64,000 bases of DNA from Methanothrix sp. (GCA_040770465.1 JAXGJB010000004.1:32001-96000); one strand, 5' to 3'; positions 1-10,606 are shown, numbered from the stretch's first letter. The notes: generated by a model not told the origin, from the letters alone. Translations and numbers: made by a program.

Positions 1-249
1 GCAGGCTGCGGCCGCTCGGAGGAGGTCACGAGGTCTCCAAACAGCCCGCCGCCGGAGAACTGTCCCAAGTGCGGGTCTCAGCTGGAGATAACCGACGAGG
101 TGGACATCATATCCGACCTCTCGCGGATGGCGGAGGAGAGCGGTAGCGACGTCAAGATCATCTCCACCGACTTCGAGGAGGGGGCCCAGCTCTTTCGGGC
201 CTTCGGCGGGATCGCTGCTATCCTGCGGTTCAGGACGAGCAGCGTCTGA
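1..249 (+). CDS. prf1: Peptide chain release factor aRF1, C-terminal part (5' truncated by window)
   Basis: Hand translation of frame 1: ...[59 protein letters not shown]..., the typical aRF1 C-terminus; TGA at 247-249. Confidence 0.9.
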   Translation, partial: AGCGRSEEVTRSPNSPPPENCPKCGSQLEITDEVDIISDLSRMAEESGSDVKIISTDFEEGAQLFRAFGGIAAILRFRTSSV

Positions 250-426
250 GATCCTTTCTCCTCACCCTTTCTTCGCTTCCCTTCTCCACACCCTTCTCTT
301 CACCCTTTCTTCGCTTACCGTCTTCTCTCCGCTTTTCGATCTTCTCTTCGATCCTTGGGCTTCTGACTCCGCAATTCAGCAGATATTCCGAAATCTAAAA
401 TACCAGGACAGAAGAGCTGATTCACG

Positions 427-843
427 ATGATCGAGCTGTCTCTGAGCGTCGCCGTCAGGCCCACCGAAAGCCCCGAGAAGGTGGTGAAAGCCATGGAGAA
501 CCTCTTCCCAGGGGTCGCAATTGCAGCCCGCGAGGGCTGGATCGAGGGACACGGGGGCACAAGAAGCCTTGCGACCTTCCACCGCCTCCTAAGAGAGCAG
601 AGGATCCTGGACACGGCGCGGTCGGTGATGCTCCAGGGGGTGGTCGGCGACGCCGTCCAGTTCCGGCTGAACAAGCAGGCTGCCACCGTTTCCAGGATAA
701 ACTTCCCCCCCGAGGAGGAGCCTCTGGGATCGATCCACGTCGAGATCAGGGGGCCCGCCACCATCATAGACTGGCTCGCCCCGAGGACATCGGAGGGGAG
801 GCCCATCGAGGAGATCGAGCTGGAGGATGATGATCGTGTTTAG
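427..843 (+). CDS. UPF0201/DUF54 family putative RNA-binding protein
   Basis: V.PTESPEKV.KA..NLFP, ILDTAR, F.LNKQAA, IDWLAP motifs. Confidence 0.85.
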   Translation: MIELSLSVAVRPTESPEKVVKAMENLFPGVAIAAREGWIEGHGGTRSLATFHRLLREQRILDTARSVMLQGVVGDAVQFRLNKQAATVSRINFPPEEEPLGSIHVEIRGPATIIDWLAPRTSEGRPIEEIELEDDDRV

Positions 844-1609
844 CTTCTCGTCGAGCGCCCTCGTCGATCAGCCCTTCGACTGGGCGTATCAGCTGGAGGA
901 TCTCGGCTACTCCGGCTGGGAGATCGTCAACGAAGGTAAGCAGAGGCTGACGGCTGAGACGATGCCCCTTGCCCGGGAGATCGTCGAGACGACGAGCCTC
1001 GTCATCACCATCCACCTACCCTACTCCGATCTCAATCTCGCCAGCATGAACCAGCCGATCTGGGAGGAGACGATCCGGCAGATGAAGGAGTGCATCAGTC
1101 TGGCCTCGGATTTCGCCAGACTGGCCGTCGTCCATCCCGGCTACCTCTCGCCTCTTGGAAAGCAGATGCCCGACCGGGCGTGGGAGCAGAACATCTTTGG
1201 CCTTCAGGAGATCTGCGACCACGCCGCCGACCACAACATGACCATCGCCGTCGAGAACATGCTGAACATCGAGTCGATGCTTGGAAGGACCCCTGAGGAG
1301 ATCCTGGGGATGCTGGAGAACGTCCGCCGGGAGAACCTCGGGTTCGTCTTCGACGTCGGCCACGCCAACACCAACGGGAACGTCGATTCGTTCCTGGCCC
1401 TAAAAGACAAGATGGTCCACGTCCACATCCACGACAACAAAGGGGCAAGAGACGAGCACCTCCCGGTCAAGAGCGGAAACGTCAACTGGTCGCGGGTGGC
1501 AAACGCCCTCAAGGGGTACGAGGGCCGCCTCGTGACCGAGGCCCGGACCCTGGTCCAGGGGGTCCAGTCCATGAGAAACTTGAAGACCTTTCTGGACCAT
1601 CTGGAGTGA
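827..1609 (+). CDS. Sugar phosphate isomerase/epimerase (xylose isomerase-like TIM barrel)
   Basis: IHLPYSDLN, VVHPG, AVENM, FDVGHAN, HIHDN.G..DEHL motifs. Confidence 0.85.
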   Translation: MMIVFSFSSSALVDQPFDWAYQLEDLGYSGWEIVNEGKQRLTAETMPLAREIVETTSLVITIHLPYSDLNLASMNQPIWEETIRQMKECISLASDFARLAVVHPGYLSPLGKQMPDRAWEQNIFGLQEICDHAADHNMTIAVENMLNIESMLGRTPEEILGMLENVRRENLGFVFDVGHANTNGNVDSFLALKDKMVHVHIHDNKGARDEHLPVKSGNVNWSRVANALKGYEGRLVTEARTLVQGVQSMRNLKTFLDHLE

Positions 1610-1615
1610 GCTGTC

Positions 1616-2263
1616 ATGACATCGTCACTAGATGACCTGGCCGAAGAGATCTCCCGCTACTTCGAGGCTAAAGATCAGGCTAGAGAGGAGGCGCTCGCTC
1701 TGACGCGGGTCGTCATCCGGAGGTGCGGAGCCGCCATCAGGTCCGTCCACAGAGGCGAGTTCGACCGGGCCCTGGAGTTGACCGAGAAGGCGGGGGATGC
1801 CCTCTCCCGGATCGGCGACCTTCTGGCCGACCATCCCGACGTCCGGTACGCCGGATTCGTCGACGGCGCTGAGCAGGAGTACGCCGAGGCGAGGATCGTA
1901 TACTCCATCATCACCGAGCACAGGACCCCGACCCCCGAAGAGATCGGCGTCGAGATGACGAGCTACCTCTCTGGCCTCGGCGACACCGTAGGCGAGCTGA
2001 GGCGGCACGTCCTGGACCTGATCAGGCAGGGAAGGCCTGAGGATGGGGAGGTCTTTTTGGAGGCGATGGAGGAGATCTATCACCTTTTGATGCTATTCGA
2101 CTATCCCGACGCCGTCACCAAGGGCCTCCGGCGGAAGGGGGATATGGCCCGCTCCCTCCTGGAGAGGACCCGGGGCGACCTCACCAACGCCATCGGCCAG
2201 AAGAAGCTGGAGGTGCAGCTTCGGGAGCTGGAGGAGAGGCTGGGGTCTGCTGAAGATCTCTAG
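1616..2263 (+). CDS. Translin family protein
   Basis: All-helical; QEYAEA, YL.GLGD.VGELRR, LRRK.D motifs of translin/Trax. Confidence 0.85.
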   Translation: MTSSLDDLAEEISRYFEAKDQAREEALALTRVVIRRCGAAIRSVHRGEFDRALELTEKAGDALSRIGDLLADHPDVRYAGFVDGAEQEYAEARIVYSIITEHRTPTPEEIGVEMTSYLSGLGDTVGELRRHVLDLIRQGRPEDGEVFLEAMEEIYHLLMLFDYPDAVTKGLRRKGDMARSLLERTRGDLTNAIGQKKLEVQLRELEERLGSAEDL

Positions 2264-2269
2264 AAAATC

Positions 2270-3487
2270 TTATTCTTTCGTCGCCAGCGTCAGATTTCCG
2301 TGGGGCATGACGATCGTCCTCGCGTCCCGCCCCTGCCTCTCCCGGGCCATGGCGAGGGCCTCTTCGAGAGTTTTAGCGTGCCGGAAGAAGACCATCTCCG
2401 CGAGCTCGGGCCTCATGGAGGAGACCAGGATCAGGTCTTTTTCCAGAGACTCCCTCGCGATCAGGGCGGCCTTGTGTCCGCCGAACTCGTACTCCCGCCC
2501 GAACCGCTCGACGCAGTCCTCGGCGCATTTTGCCTCCCTCGCCCACCGCTCGAAGACGGGATGACCGAGCCCCTCGGCGCACTCGGCGAGGAGGATGAGA
2601 GACCCCCCCGGAAGGACCGCCTCTTTGGCGTTCTCCATCGCCTTCTGGGCCTGAAATAGGTTGATGTCCTTGGGGCGGCCCCCGGCGCAGGCGACGACGA
2701 TCTCGGCGGGCCGGACAGGCCTCTGGTACATCTCGTCGACGACTTTGGCGCCGACCCGGTGGGCTCCTACGAAGTCGCCGGCCACGGCCCGCACGATCTC
2801 CTTACTGCTTTTCAGAACGACGTTGAGGATGAAGTCGAGGCCAGCGATCTTTGCCGCCTCCTCCATGTCAAGCCGGACGGGACCGTCGAGCCGCCCGGAC
2901 TTCGACCGGGGGTCGGTCATCATGGAGTGGTTTTTGTTGATCGACCTCTCGGAGCTGACGCCGGGAAGGATGGCCTTGGCTCCGCCGCTGTAGCCGGCGT
3001 AGTAGTGGTACTCGATGTTGCCCGTCCCGATCTTTATGTCGGATGCCGCCACCTCCTCCAGAATCTCGACGGGGGTTTTCCGGCCAGTCTCTCCGAGGTG
3101 GACGCATCGGTCTTTGTCGTGCTGGATGTGAGGAAGGCCGGCAGAGCCGCCGAGGAGCCTGTCTTCTTCTTCGACCGTCATCCTCCGGTGGGTTCCCAGG
3201 CCGAAGACGACCAGGATCTCTGATACCCCCATCTCCTCAAGCCTCCGCACCAGGGGCGGCAGCATCTTGGAGGTGGGAGCGGGGCGCGTTATGTCGCTGG
3301 CCATGATGGCCGCACTCTTGACTCCAGCAAAATCCTGTAGGTGCGGGCCGACGGGATCGTCGAGGGCCCTCTCGATCTCGGCCGCCTCGTCTTTTGCTCC
3401 GGCTAGCTCGTTTGGCAAAACCAGCTCGAACCGTTCGTCCCCCTCGAGATCGAGGCCGACGGAGCCTGCGCCGTATCCGAGCCTCAT
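2270..3487 (-). CDS. larA: Nickel-pincer-dependent lactate racemase family protein (LarA)
   Basis: SDITRP, GLGTHR, HYYAGYSGGAK, INLFQAQK, AECAEG motifs. Confidence 0.85.
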   Translation of the reverse strand: MRLGYGAGSVGLDLEGDERFELVLPNELAGAKDEAAEIERALDDPVGPHLQDFAGVKSAAIMASDITRPAPTSKMLPPLVRRLEEMGVSEILVVFGLGTHRRMTVEEEDRLLGGSAGLPHIQHDKDRCVHLGETGRKTPVEILEEVAASDIKIGTGNIEYHYYAGYSGGAKAILPGVSSERSINKNHSMMTDPRSKSGRLDGPVRLDMEEAAKIAGLDFILNVVLKSSKEIVRAVAGDFVGAHRVGAKVVDEMYQRPVRPAEIVVACAGGRPKDINLFQAQKAMENAKEAVLPGGSLILLAECAEGLGHPVFERWAREAKCAEDCVERFGREYEFGGHKAALIARESLEKDLILVSSMRPELAEMVFFRHAKTLEEALAMARERQGRDARTIVMPHGNLTLATKE

Positions 3488-3492
3488 CTCCC

Positions 3493-4350
3493 TCAGGCCC
3501 TCCAGACCTTCGCCCGGCTGTTGACGTCGCTGAAGACGTCGAATATTGGCATGTCGGTGGTGTAGCGGAAGAAGTCGGCCCCTGCGGCGTTGCAGGTCTC
3601 CCGGATCCGTCTGTCGTGCGCCTTCATCTTTGCAGCATACTCCTCTCTGACCTTGGGCGTCACCCTGGTCATCACCGACTCCTTCGACTCCATGTCGATG
3701 AACCGGAGGTCCCCCTCGAAGTCGAGGTCAGCCTCCGCCGGGTCGAGGATCTGGATCAGGATCAGGTCGTGGGCCGAGAGCTTGTAGATCCCGGCGACGA
3801 GGCTCTCGACGTCGTCCAGGAAGTCGGAGACGACCACCACCAGGCTCGTCGACCTGATGGTGAGGTCGAACTGCTCAGCCATCCTCCGAAAGTCGGTCCC
3901 CCCCGAGGGCGCGGTCCGGTCCAGATCCTCCATCGCCTTGAAGAGGTTTCTCCTCCCTCCCCTCGTCTCGCCCGGCTCCAGCATCTCCCCGAACTTGGAG
4001 ATCGAGAACTTCTCGTTCTCCTTGATCGCCATGTAGGCGAACCCCACCGAGACCATCGAGGCGAAGGAGAACTTCTCGCCATAGGCCATGCTGGAGCTGG
4101 CGTCCAGGAGGAGGTGGACCGAAAGGCTCCTCTCCTCCTCGTGCTCCCGGACGTAGAGCTTCTCGGTCCGGGCGTAAACCCGCCAGTCGACGAACTTGAA
4201 GTCGTCGCCCTTCCGGTACTCCCGGTAGCCGACGGGGCTGATCCCGCGCCCCACCTTCACCGACCTCCGGGCGCCGGTGTAGACGGTCGATACCCTCTTT
4301 CTCACAAGAAGGGTGAACCGGTCCAGCTCAGCGAGAAACTCCGTATCCAT
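3493..4350 (-). CDS. DUF58 / vWA-like protein
   Basis: YREY..GDD...VDWRVYART, DASSSM, VVSDF; directly downstream of MoxR. Confidence 0.9.
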   Translation of the reverse strand: MDTEFLAELDRFTLLVRKRVSTVYTGARRSVKVGRGISPVGYREYRKGDDFKFVDWRVYARTEKLYVREHEEERSLSVHLLLDASSSMAYGEKFSFASMVSVGFAYMAIKENEKFSISKFGEMLEPGETRGGRRNLFKAMEDLDRTAPSGGTDFRRMAEQFDLTIRSTSLVVVVSDFLDDVESLVAGIYKLSAHDLILIQILDPAEADLDFEGDLRFIDMESKESVMTRVTPKVREEYAAKMKAHDRRIRETCNAAGADFFRYTTDMPIFDVFSDVNSRAKVWRA

Positions 4351-4359
4351 CCTCGAGCC

Positions 4360-5310
4360 TCAGATCGACTTCATGATATCCGATATCACCTGGTCGGCGG
4401 TGACCCCCCTCCTCTCGGAGTCGAAGGTGAGGATGATCCGGTGGCGGAGGATGGGGTACGCCATTACGTCCAGATCGTCGCGGCTTACGTAGTCTCTTCC
4501 GTTGAGGAGGGCTCTGGCTTTGGAGGCGAGGATCAGGCCGATGGAAGCTCGGGGGCTTGCGCCGTACTCGACCCCCTCCCACTTCCGAGTGGAGATTACG
4601 GCCGTTATCGCCGCCCCCTTCAGGTCGTCGGAGATGGGAATGTCCCTTGTGAGCTGCTGAAGGGACAACAGCTCCCGCCGAGTGATCACCCTCTCGACCC
4701 TCGGCTCGGCGTGGCCGGTGTACCTCTCCATGATCTGGTACTCTTCATCCTGGTTGGGATAATCGATGAAGACCTTCAGGAGGAAACGGTCCAGCTGAGC
4801 CTCGGGGAGAGGGAACGTCCCCTCCATCTCGATGGGGTTTTGGGTGGCCAGGACGAAGAAGGGCTCCTCGAGCCTGTAGGTGTTCTTTCCAACGGTGACC
4901 TGCTTCTCCTGCATCGCCTCCAGCATGGCGGACTGGGTCCTGGGGGAGGCCCTGTTGATCTCGTCGGCAAGGACGATGTTGGCGAAGATGGGTCCCTCCT
5001 CGAACCTGAAGACCTTGCTCCCCTCCACCTCCTCGATAAGGGTGGTCCCCGTGATGTCCGCGGGCATCAGATCCGGAGTGCACTGAATCCTGCTGAAGTC
5101 AAGGCCGGTGGTGCCTGCTATCGTCTTGACGAGGAGGGTCTTTCCCAGGCCGGGGTTACTCTCCAGGAGGATGTGACCTCCGGCCAGGATCCCCACCAGA
5201 ATCTGCTCCACCACCGACTTCTGGCCCACCACCACCCGTCCGATCTCCTCTTTGATCGTATCGAAGATGGCGGGCGCATCCTTATAAATGTTGATCAGAT
5301 CGTCTCTCAT
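4360..5310 (-). CDS. MoxR family AAA+ ATPase
   Basis: PGLGKT, RIQCTPDLMPAD, DEINRA, ATQNPIEMEGT, LPEAQLDRF. Confidence 0.95.
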   Translation of the reverse strand: MRDDLINIYKDAPAIFDTIKEEIGRVVVGQKSVVEQILVGILAGGHILLESNPGLGKTLLVKTIAGTTGLDFSRIQCTPDLMPADITGTTLIEEVEGSKVFRFEEGPIFANIVLADEINRASPRTQSAMLEAMQEKQVTVGKNTYRLEEPFFVLATQNPIEMEGTFPLPEAQLDRFLLKVFIDYPNQDEEYQIMERYTGHAEPRVERVITRRELLSLQQLTRDIPISDDLKGAAITAVISTRKWEGVEYGASPRASIGLILASKARALLNGRDYVSRDDLDVMAYPILRHRIILTFDSERRGVTADQVISDIMKSI

Positions 5311-5371
5311 CTATCCGTCCTCGATGATATCTAAGGCTCTCTATTCTTCGGTTTCTTATTAACGTTCTTCT

Positions 5372-6235
5372 TCAGCTCGTCGCCAGGTTCTCGAAGTACC
5401 TTTTGATTATCTCTCGGTTCTGGGGCGGGAGGCTCTCGATATACTGTTCCGTCGGAACCGCCACCCCTTCCCCAGCCTCTGACGTTGTGAAGAGCCTGTC
5501 CATGGGTTCGATCTCCTTCGACCGAAACCCCGCCGCGGACCCTGGATATAGGACCAGCTCCAGGTTCACCTCTTCCAGCACCGCTAAAGAGGGCTTTCCG
5601 TAGATCTCCCCCGAGATCCCCGTATCCGAGGCGCCAGCCTCCGCCACCTCCTCTTCACCAAATAGGTCTGCTGCGCGGTCTCGAAGGTCGGAAAGAGACT
5701 TGAAGGGCTGGGGCGAGATCTCCTCTCCGGCCTGGCTCTGACTGAAGGCGGCCGCAAAGGCGAGAAGGAGGATAACGGCTGCTGCCTTTGCCTGGAACGT
5801 CGGAACGCTCCGTTCTCCGAAGGTCAGACGCCGCCGATTCATGATATCCCGGGATCCAACCATTGAGAGCCTCTTCTTGACGTCCTGGGCAAGGCTCTGC
5901 ATCACCACCGAGCGCGAGTCGCGGTTGTCGTAGGCCGCCTTCGTCTTCTCCGAGAGGCCCTCTTCCAGATGGGCGAATAGATCGGACTTCGACCGGCGGC
6001 CGAGGACCTTTGCTCCGAAAAGGCCCAGAATCATGGAGATGAGGGCCGGGACGGCGGCTACAGCCGACCCCTGCCAGTAGAACCGAAAGAAGGCAGGAAT
6101 CCCCAGGAAGAGGGCGACGATGTAGATGAGGCTTGCGATTATGCCGGCATTGAGGAGATAAAGGGAGAGCTCAAATCGCCTGTAGACCCCCAAAAGCCGC
6201 CTCAGATCCGCCAGAAACTCGTATGAACCGTCCAC
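5372..6235 (-). CDS. Membrane protein associated with the MoxR/DUF58 operon (start probably GTG 6235; ORF open to 6346)
   Basis: Three hydrophobic segments, C-terminal IIKRYFENL; co-oriented with MoxR. Confidence 0.65.
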   Translation of the reverse strand: MDGSYEFLADLRRLLGVYRRFELSLYLLNAGIIASLIYIVALFLGIPAFFRFYWQGSAVAAVPALISMILGLFGAKVLGRRSKSDLFAHLEEGLSEKTKAAYDNRDSRSVVMQSLAQDVKKRLSMVGSRDIMNRRRLTFGERSVPTFQAKAAAVILLLAFAAAFSQSQAGEEISPQPFKSLSDLRDRAADLFGEEEVAEAGASDTGISGEIYGKPSLAVLEEVNLELVLYPGSAAGFRSKEIEPMDRLFTTSEAGEGVAVPTEQYIESLPPQNREIIKRYFENLATS

Positions 6236-6556
6236 GATAGTCCCCTCAGAGCCCTCGCTAATAAGTAGTTTCCGAGCTGATGCCCGGGTGGTCCCTCGCT
6301 GAGATCTTATCAGCTCCTCCGGCAGATCTCTTCTACCAGAAGGCATATAAAATCACCAAATATCACCAGTATCCAATACATAAAGAAAAATAGCACCCAA
6401 TGAAATTAGGTTTATACCCTTTGAAGACGAACATATGTCCGTACCTTCCGCCGGGCGGCAGAAGATACGCCACGGGAAGTGGGGCTGAGACTCGACGATC
6501 GACTTTGGGGCCGGCTCGCGCTGGAAGCCGACCAGACCAGGATAAAAAAAAAGAAA

Positions 6557-8557
6557 ATGGCCAAGATTTCGAGGATCAACAGGCTGAGCTTTGGGCTTCT
6601 GCTGCTGGTATTGCTATCAGGACTTTTGGGGATGAGCCCGATAAGCGGAGAATCCGTCCTGGAAGCTGCGGGAGGAGCCGATCTCTTCGCCGGTGAGAAC
6701 GGAAGCGAGGTCGCGAAGGGGACGGCAGAGATCGTGGCCGCCGGGATCTGGATCGCGCCGGATGGTGGAAAGAACGTATCCGACGGCGTTGAAGAGATCC
6801 TTCCATACCTTGCAGGCCCCTCCAGGATCTTGAGGATCATGGTCCAGGAGGAGGAGGTTTCGGAGCTGGGCTACATCGGAACCTCCGACGGCGTTCTCGT
6901 CCTCTGGCCTGACGTCACCGAAACCCTCAAGCTCATCGCCCCCTTCGATTATCGTGAAAGGCCCTGGTATCTGGAAGCTGCTCGGGCCGGGGAGACGATC
7001 TGGACCAGGCCCTATGTGAACCAGAGCACCGGGGACCCGGCCATAACCTGCGCGACCCCAATATTTGTGGATGGAGATCTGACAGGGGTTGTGGGGATGG
7101 ACGTCTCCCTCGCAGAGATCGATCTCGATCTTGCCAACACGACCACAGGCTACCCATTTCTCTTGGACGGTCAGGGGGCGGTGGTGATGACCCCCCCCGT
7201 CCCGGAAGGATTCGTCTGGGAGGAGATCCTCGCTCCAGGAAGCCTCCTCGACTCCAAAAACCCGGATCTGGCCGGGCTCGCCGAGGCGATGGTGAGGGGA
7301 GAGAGGGGGACGGCCTATACAAGGTTCGAGAACGGCGGGGCCAGGATCGTCTACGCCCCCCTCCCGTCGATCGGCTGGAGCCTGGGTGTGGTCTCAGGAG
7401 ACGAAGAGCTGACCTTTGCCAAGGCCACCCAGTACGACCAGCTATTCCACCGGATATCGAGCCAGACCGAGATATTGGCCCTGGAGACGGGTGAGGCCCT
7501 GAGGGAATGGAAGCTCGGAACGACGATGGTGCCTGGGAGCGGGAGAGCCGAAGGGGCAGGATCGATCTGGCCCATCGCTCTCGCGGCTGCCGCCGTATTT
7601 GCCATCCTGGGGGGCGTCGCAGGGTATTGGGGATGTCGAAAGGCATCGGTGCCGATCTTCGATGCGATCGCAAGAGGGCTTGAGAAGGTCGGCAGAGGCG
7701 ACCTAGACGCGAGGATCGAGACGAAGGGCCTGGGGGGGACGAGAGCTCTTGGGGAGGCCTTCGATAAGATGACCACCGATCTGAAAGGCACGATCTCCCT
7801 TTTGGAGGAGAGAGCCCTGGAGGCGGGCAGGTCAGAGAAGGAGGATGAGATCTCTGAAGAGCTGAAGCGACTCCTCCTGCCGGAGAGGGTCCCAAAGGTG
7901 GAGGGGTTTGAGGTGTCGACCTTATCCTTCGCCGAGGGATGTGAATGCTGCCACTTCTACGACGGATTCGAGATGGAGGGGGCGAAGGCGGTTGTTATGA
8001 TGGCAGAGGCCTCGGATCATGACCTCTCCGCCGCCATGGTGGCCGCCCTCACCAGAAGCCTGATCAAGGCGGCCGCCCGGAGGCTCGGCGACCCGGCGAA
8101 GGCTCTCCGGGAGACGAACCTCCAACTGGTGGAGAACGTCAGAAACGGGATGGTCGTCTCCTGCTTCTGCGGGATGCTGGACCTCTCCAGCCACGCCTTG
8201 AGCTACGCCAACGCAGGTCACGTCCCGCCCTTCATAGTCAGCTCCGACGGCTTTGTGGACACCCTCGTCGGCGGAGCCATGTCCATGGGCGCCCTTGACA
8301 AACTCGACCTGGAGATGGAGGGGTGGATGATAGATCCAGGCGACGTCCTCGTCATCTACAACGACGGCCTCGTCGAGGTCGAGAACGAGGATGAAGAGCG
8401 GTTCGGAACCGAGAACCTGATAACTGTCGTGAAAAATAACAAGGATGGGTCGGCCGAGGAGATCATCAATGAGCTGGAGGCGGCGATCAGGACTCACATG
8501 GGAAGCCGGAAGCTGACATCCGATCCCGCTGCCATGATCGTCAAGAGGTCTGGATGA
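6557..8557 (+). CDS. Cache + HAMP + SpoIIE/PP2C-like membrane sensor
   Basis: Signal/TM, DYRERPWY and WTRPY (Cache), TM, HAMP-like segment, YANAGH and PGDVLVIYNDG; ATG 6557 chosen over upstream GTG 6479. Confidence 0.85.
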   Translation: MAKISRINRLSFGLLLLVLLSGLLGMSPISGESVLEAAGGADLFAGENGSEVAKGTAEIVAAGIWIAPDGGKNVSDGVEEILPYLAGPSRILRIMVQEEEVSELGYIGTSDGVLVLWPDVTETLKLIAPFDYRERPWYLEAARAGETIWTRPYVNQSTGDPAITCATPIFVDGDLTGVVGMDVSLAEIDLDLANTTTGYPFLLDGQGAVVMTPPVPEGFVWEEILAPGSLLDSKNPDLAGLAEAMVRGERGTAYTRFENGGARIVYAPLPSIGWSLGVVSGDEELTFAKATQYDQLFHRISSQTEILALETGEALREWKLGTTMVPGSGRAEGAGSIWPIALAAAAVFAILGGVAGYWGCRKASVPIFDAIARGLEKVGRGDLDARIETKGLGGTRALGEAFDKMTTDLKGTISLLEERALEAGRSEKEDEISEELKRLLLPERVPKVEGFEVSTLSFAEGCECCHFYDGFEMEGAKAVVMMAEASDHDLSAAMVAALTRSLIKAAARRLGDPAKALRETNLQLVENVRNGMVVSCFCGMLDLSSHALSYANAGHVPPFIVSSDGFVDTLVGGAMSMGALDKLDLEMEGWMIDPGDVLVIYNDGLVEVENEDEERFGTENLITVVKNNKDGSAEEIINELEAAIRTHMGSRKLTSDPAAMIVKRSG

Positions 8558-8619
8558 TCCTGGCCAAACGGCCAGAGCTTTGATAGATATTAATAAAACC
8601 GACCGGTTTTAGAACTGTA

Positions 8620-9714
8620 TTAGAACCGCCGCATGGACTTGAAGTCGTTCCCGGCGATCCCTTTTATTCTCCTGACCAGATCTTCAAAATTGAGGCCGTC
8701 CATCGAAATTCGGTTCATTCCCCCGAAGATCTCCTCTCTCACCCGTCGGCCGACGACGTCGTCACATCCGGGAAGAACCTCGATGACGACGCTTCCTTCG
8801 GGGGTGGCAGTCCGAGAGCAGAGGCGGTCAAGGTCGCCGTCCACGATCCCCACCAGGGGCGTTCCGAGCCTCGCCAGGATCTCCCCGGCGATGGCGGTGG
8901 TGTCGTCGCCCGCGGTTACCGCGACCATGGCGCCTTCCGCCTTCTCGAAGGTATCTTCTGCGGCGTGGTCTATCAGGACGGCGTCGCGGCCGCGGGTTTG
9001 GACCGTCCTCGCGACCCTCTCGGTCCTCCTTATGTCGCCGGTCCTCAGGACCGCCGAATCGAGATCGACGAGCGAGAGCTTCTCCAAACCGTGGACCTTA
9101 ACCTCAGCTCCGCGAACCTCGGCGATCCTGCCGTCGACGGTCACGATGGTCACAATCTCCTCCAGGGCTCTTCCGACGACGATCCCGTTGACGGAGACGT
9201 TCTCGCCGGGGACGGCCCCAAAGATCCACCTTATGACGGTCCTGCCCGAGGATTCGGTCCTGGGATGAAACTCAGGTGTTGCCACCAGCTCCAGCCCAAG
9301 AATCCCGGCGAATTTCTCGCCGATCTCCCCATCGTCGCCCGCCAGGACCGAAACGAATCCTCCCCCATAGTCCGCGAGGATGAGGGGCTTTTTGGGCTTC
9401 GCCTTATCCCTCACCATGGCGCCGAAGGCGAGGCCGGTCTCGGCCGTCTTGGCACAGTTCAAGAGGATCACCACGTCGACGAAAGGCTCCAGCCTCGCGA
9501 CCGACCGGCTCGGCCTCTCCCTCATCGATATGTCTATCCTGTCCTCCAGGGCGGCGTCGATGACCGCAACCCTCCCCATGGTGCCTCCGAGGACGGCGGC
9601 GACATGCCCGACGTCGGCGAGGAGGTTCAGGGCCTCAGCGGCTCGTCCCGAGTCGATCACCTCGGGACCGTGGACCACAACCCCGACTTTAACCGCCACT
9701 TTCGACGCTCTCAT
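8620..9714 (-). CDS. DUF2117 family protein
   Basis: [38 protein letters not shown] motifs. Confidence 0.85.
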   Translation of the reverse strand: MRASKVAVKVGVVVHGPEVIDSGRAAEALNLLADVGHVAAVLGGTMGRVAVIDAALEDRIDISMRERPSRSVARLEPFVDVVILLNCAKTAETGLAFGAMVRDKAKPKKPLILADYGGGFVSVLAGDDGEIGEKFAGILGLELVATPEFHPRTESSGRTVIRWIFGAVPGENVSVNGIVVGRALEEIVTIVTVDGRIAEVRGAEVKVHGLEKLSLVDLDSAVLRTGDIRRTERVARTVQTRGRDAVLIDHAAEDTFEKAEGAMVAVTAGDDTTAIAGEILARLGTPLVGIVDGDLDRLCSRTATPEGSVVIEVLPGCDDVVGRRVREEIFGGMNRISMDGLNFEDLVRRIKGIAGNDFKSMRRF

Positions 9715-9979
9715 CTTCCATCTTCACCGATCTCATCCTCTCCTCTTCCGCCTTCATCCTCTCTTCCATCTCCTCCAGGCTCCGGGCGCCGATCTCCCTC
9801 CTCTCGGGCATCTTATCTATCGGCTGCAAGGTGCTCAGGTGGTAGTAGAGCCCCGTCGAGTCCAGAAGCGCCCACTCTTCGCCGTCGTCCTCGGTCTTCA
9901 GGACCTTGACGATCCCCACCGTCCCGGTCCCGGAGTACCTGACGATGCTCCCCTCGCTGATCTCATCTGGCATGGTCAC
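9689..9979 (-). CDS. DUF2098 family protein
   Basis: VRY.GTGT.G.V, W.LLD.T.LYY, C-terminal GG. Confidence 0.8.
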   Translation of the reverse strand: MTMPDEISEGSIVRYSGTGTVGIVKVLKTEDDGEEWALLDSTGLYYHLSTLQPIDKMPERREIGARSLEEMEERMKAEEERMRSVKMEDESVESGG

Positions 9980-9987
9980 TCGTCACC

Positions 9988-10443
9988 TCAATGAAGCTTC
10001 TCCTTAATCACAACGCCTGCGAAGTTCTTAACCTCTGCCCCCCCGGAGATCGAGAGTACCTCGACCCCGTCCAGCTCGCCGGTCCCGCAGAGGACGTCCT
10101 GTTCGGGGTGGGTGCCGGCCTGGATGTCGCACTTTATCCTCGTCTTCTCCCCAACCGAGACCACCGTCTTCAGCCTCGGAGAGGCGGGATGGCCTTTGGG
10201 AAGGACGATGAGGGGAGAGCCCATCTCCCGGATCAGGTAGAGGGTGCAAAAGAGGCCCCGTCTCGCCCTCTCTCCGACCTCGAAGGTCGATGCCACCAGG
10301 AGGTCGTCGTCGTCGGTGAAGATCACGATCTCGTCCGAATCGGTATCGAGATAAAAAAATTGGCCGAGGGTCCTGACGACCGCCAGGGTCCCGGTCCTCC
10401 CGCAGAGGTAGGCGACCTCGTCGTCTTCCAGGGGGATATTCAT
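9988..10443 (-). CDS. Conserved hypothetical methanogen protein
   Basis: 151-aa ORF with host-like codon use, in operon with DUF2098/DUF2117; GTHPEQD.LCG motif. Confidence 0.7.
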   Translation of the reverse strand: MNIPLEDDEVAYLCGRTGTLAVVRTLGQFFYLDTDSDEIVIFTDDDDLLVASTFEVGERARRGLFCTLYLIREMGSPLIVLPKGHPASPRLKTVVSVGEKTRIKCDIQAGTHPEQDVLCGTGELDGVEVLSISGGAEVKNFAGVVIKEKLH

Positions 10444-10450
10444 CTTCTCA

Positions 10451-10606
10451 TCACTCTGTGGGCTTCACGTTTCTTGATTGGCAGGATGGACATCGGGGCC
10501 TTCTGCCCATTCCCTTGAACTTGTTTCCGCAGTCCTGGCATATGTAGCCCTTTGGCGCGATCGATTCAACGTCGCCTATATCAGGTCCGCCTCCAACGGT
10601 ACACAT
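10451..10606 (-). CDS. Small zinc-ribbon protein, 51 aa (absent from ORF track)
   Basis: Hand translation MCTVGGGPDIGDVESIAPKGYICQDCGNKFKGMGRRPRCPSCQSRNVKPTE; GAGGTGA RBS upstream; CxxC...CPxC. Confidence 0.8.
   Translation of the reverse strand: MCTVGGGPDIGDVESIAPKGYICQDCGNKFKGMGRRPRCPSCQSRNVKPTE

Noticed and set aside
250-370. Pyrimidine-rich tract with duplicated caccctttcttcgctt
   Set aside because: Most simply low-complexity terminator-region sequence after aRF1
3394-5334. 646-aa plus-strand ORF and many other long overlapping ORFs (e.g. 11002..12069, 13307..14578, 41468..42583, 53171..54313)
   Set aside because: Antisense or alternate-frame shadows of well-supported genes, expected in GC-rich DNA; no motifs
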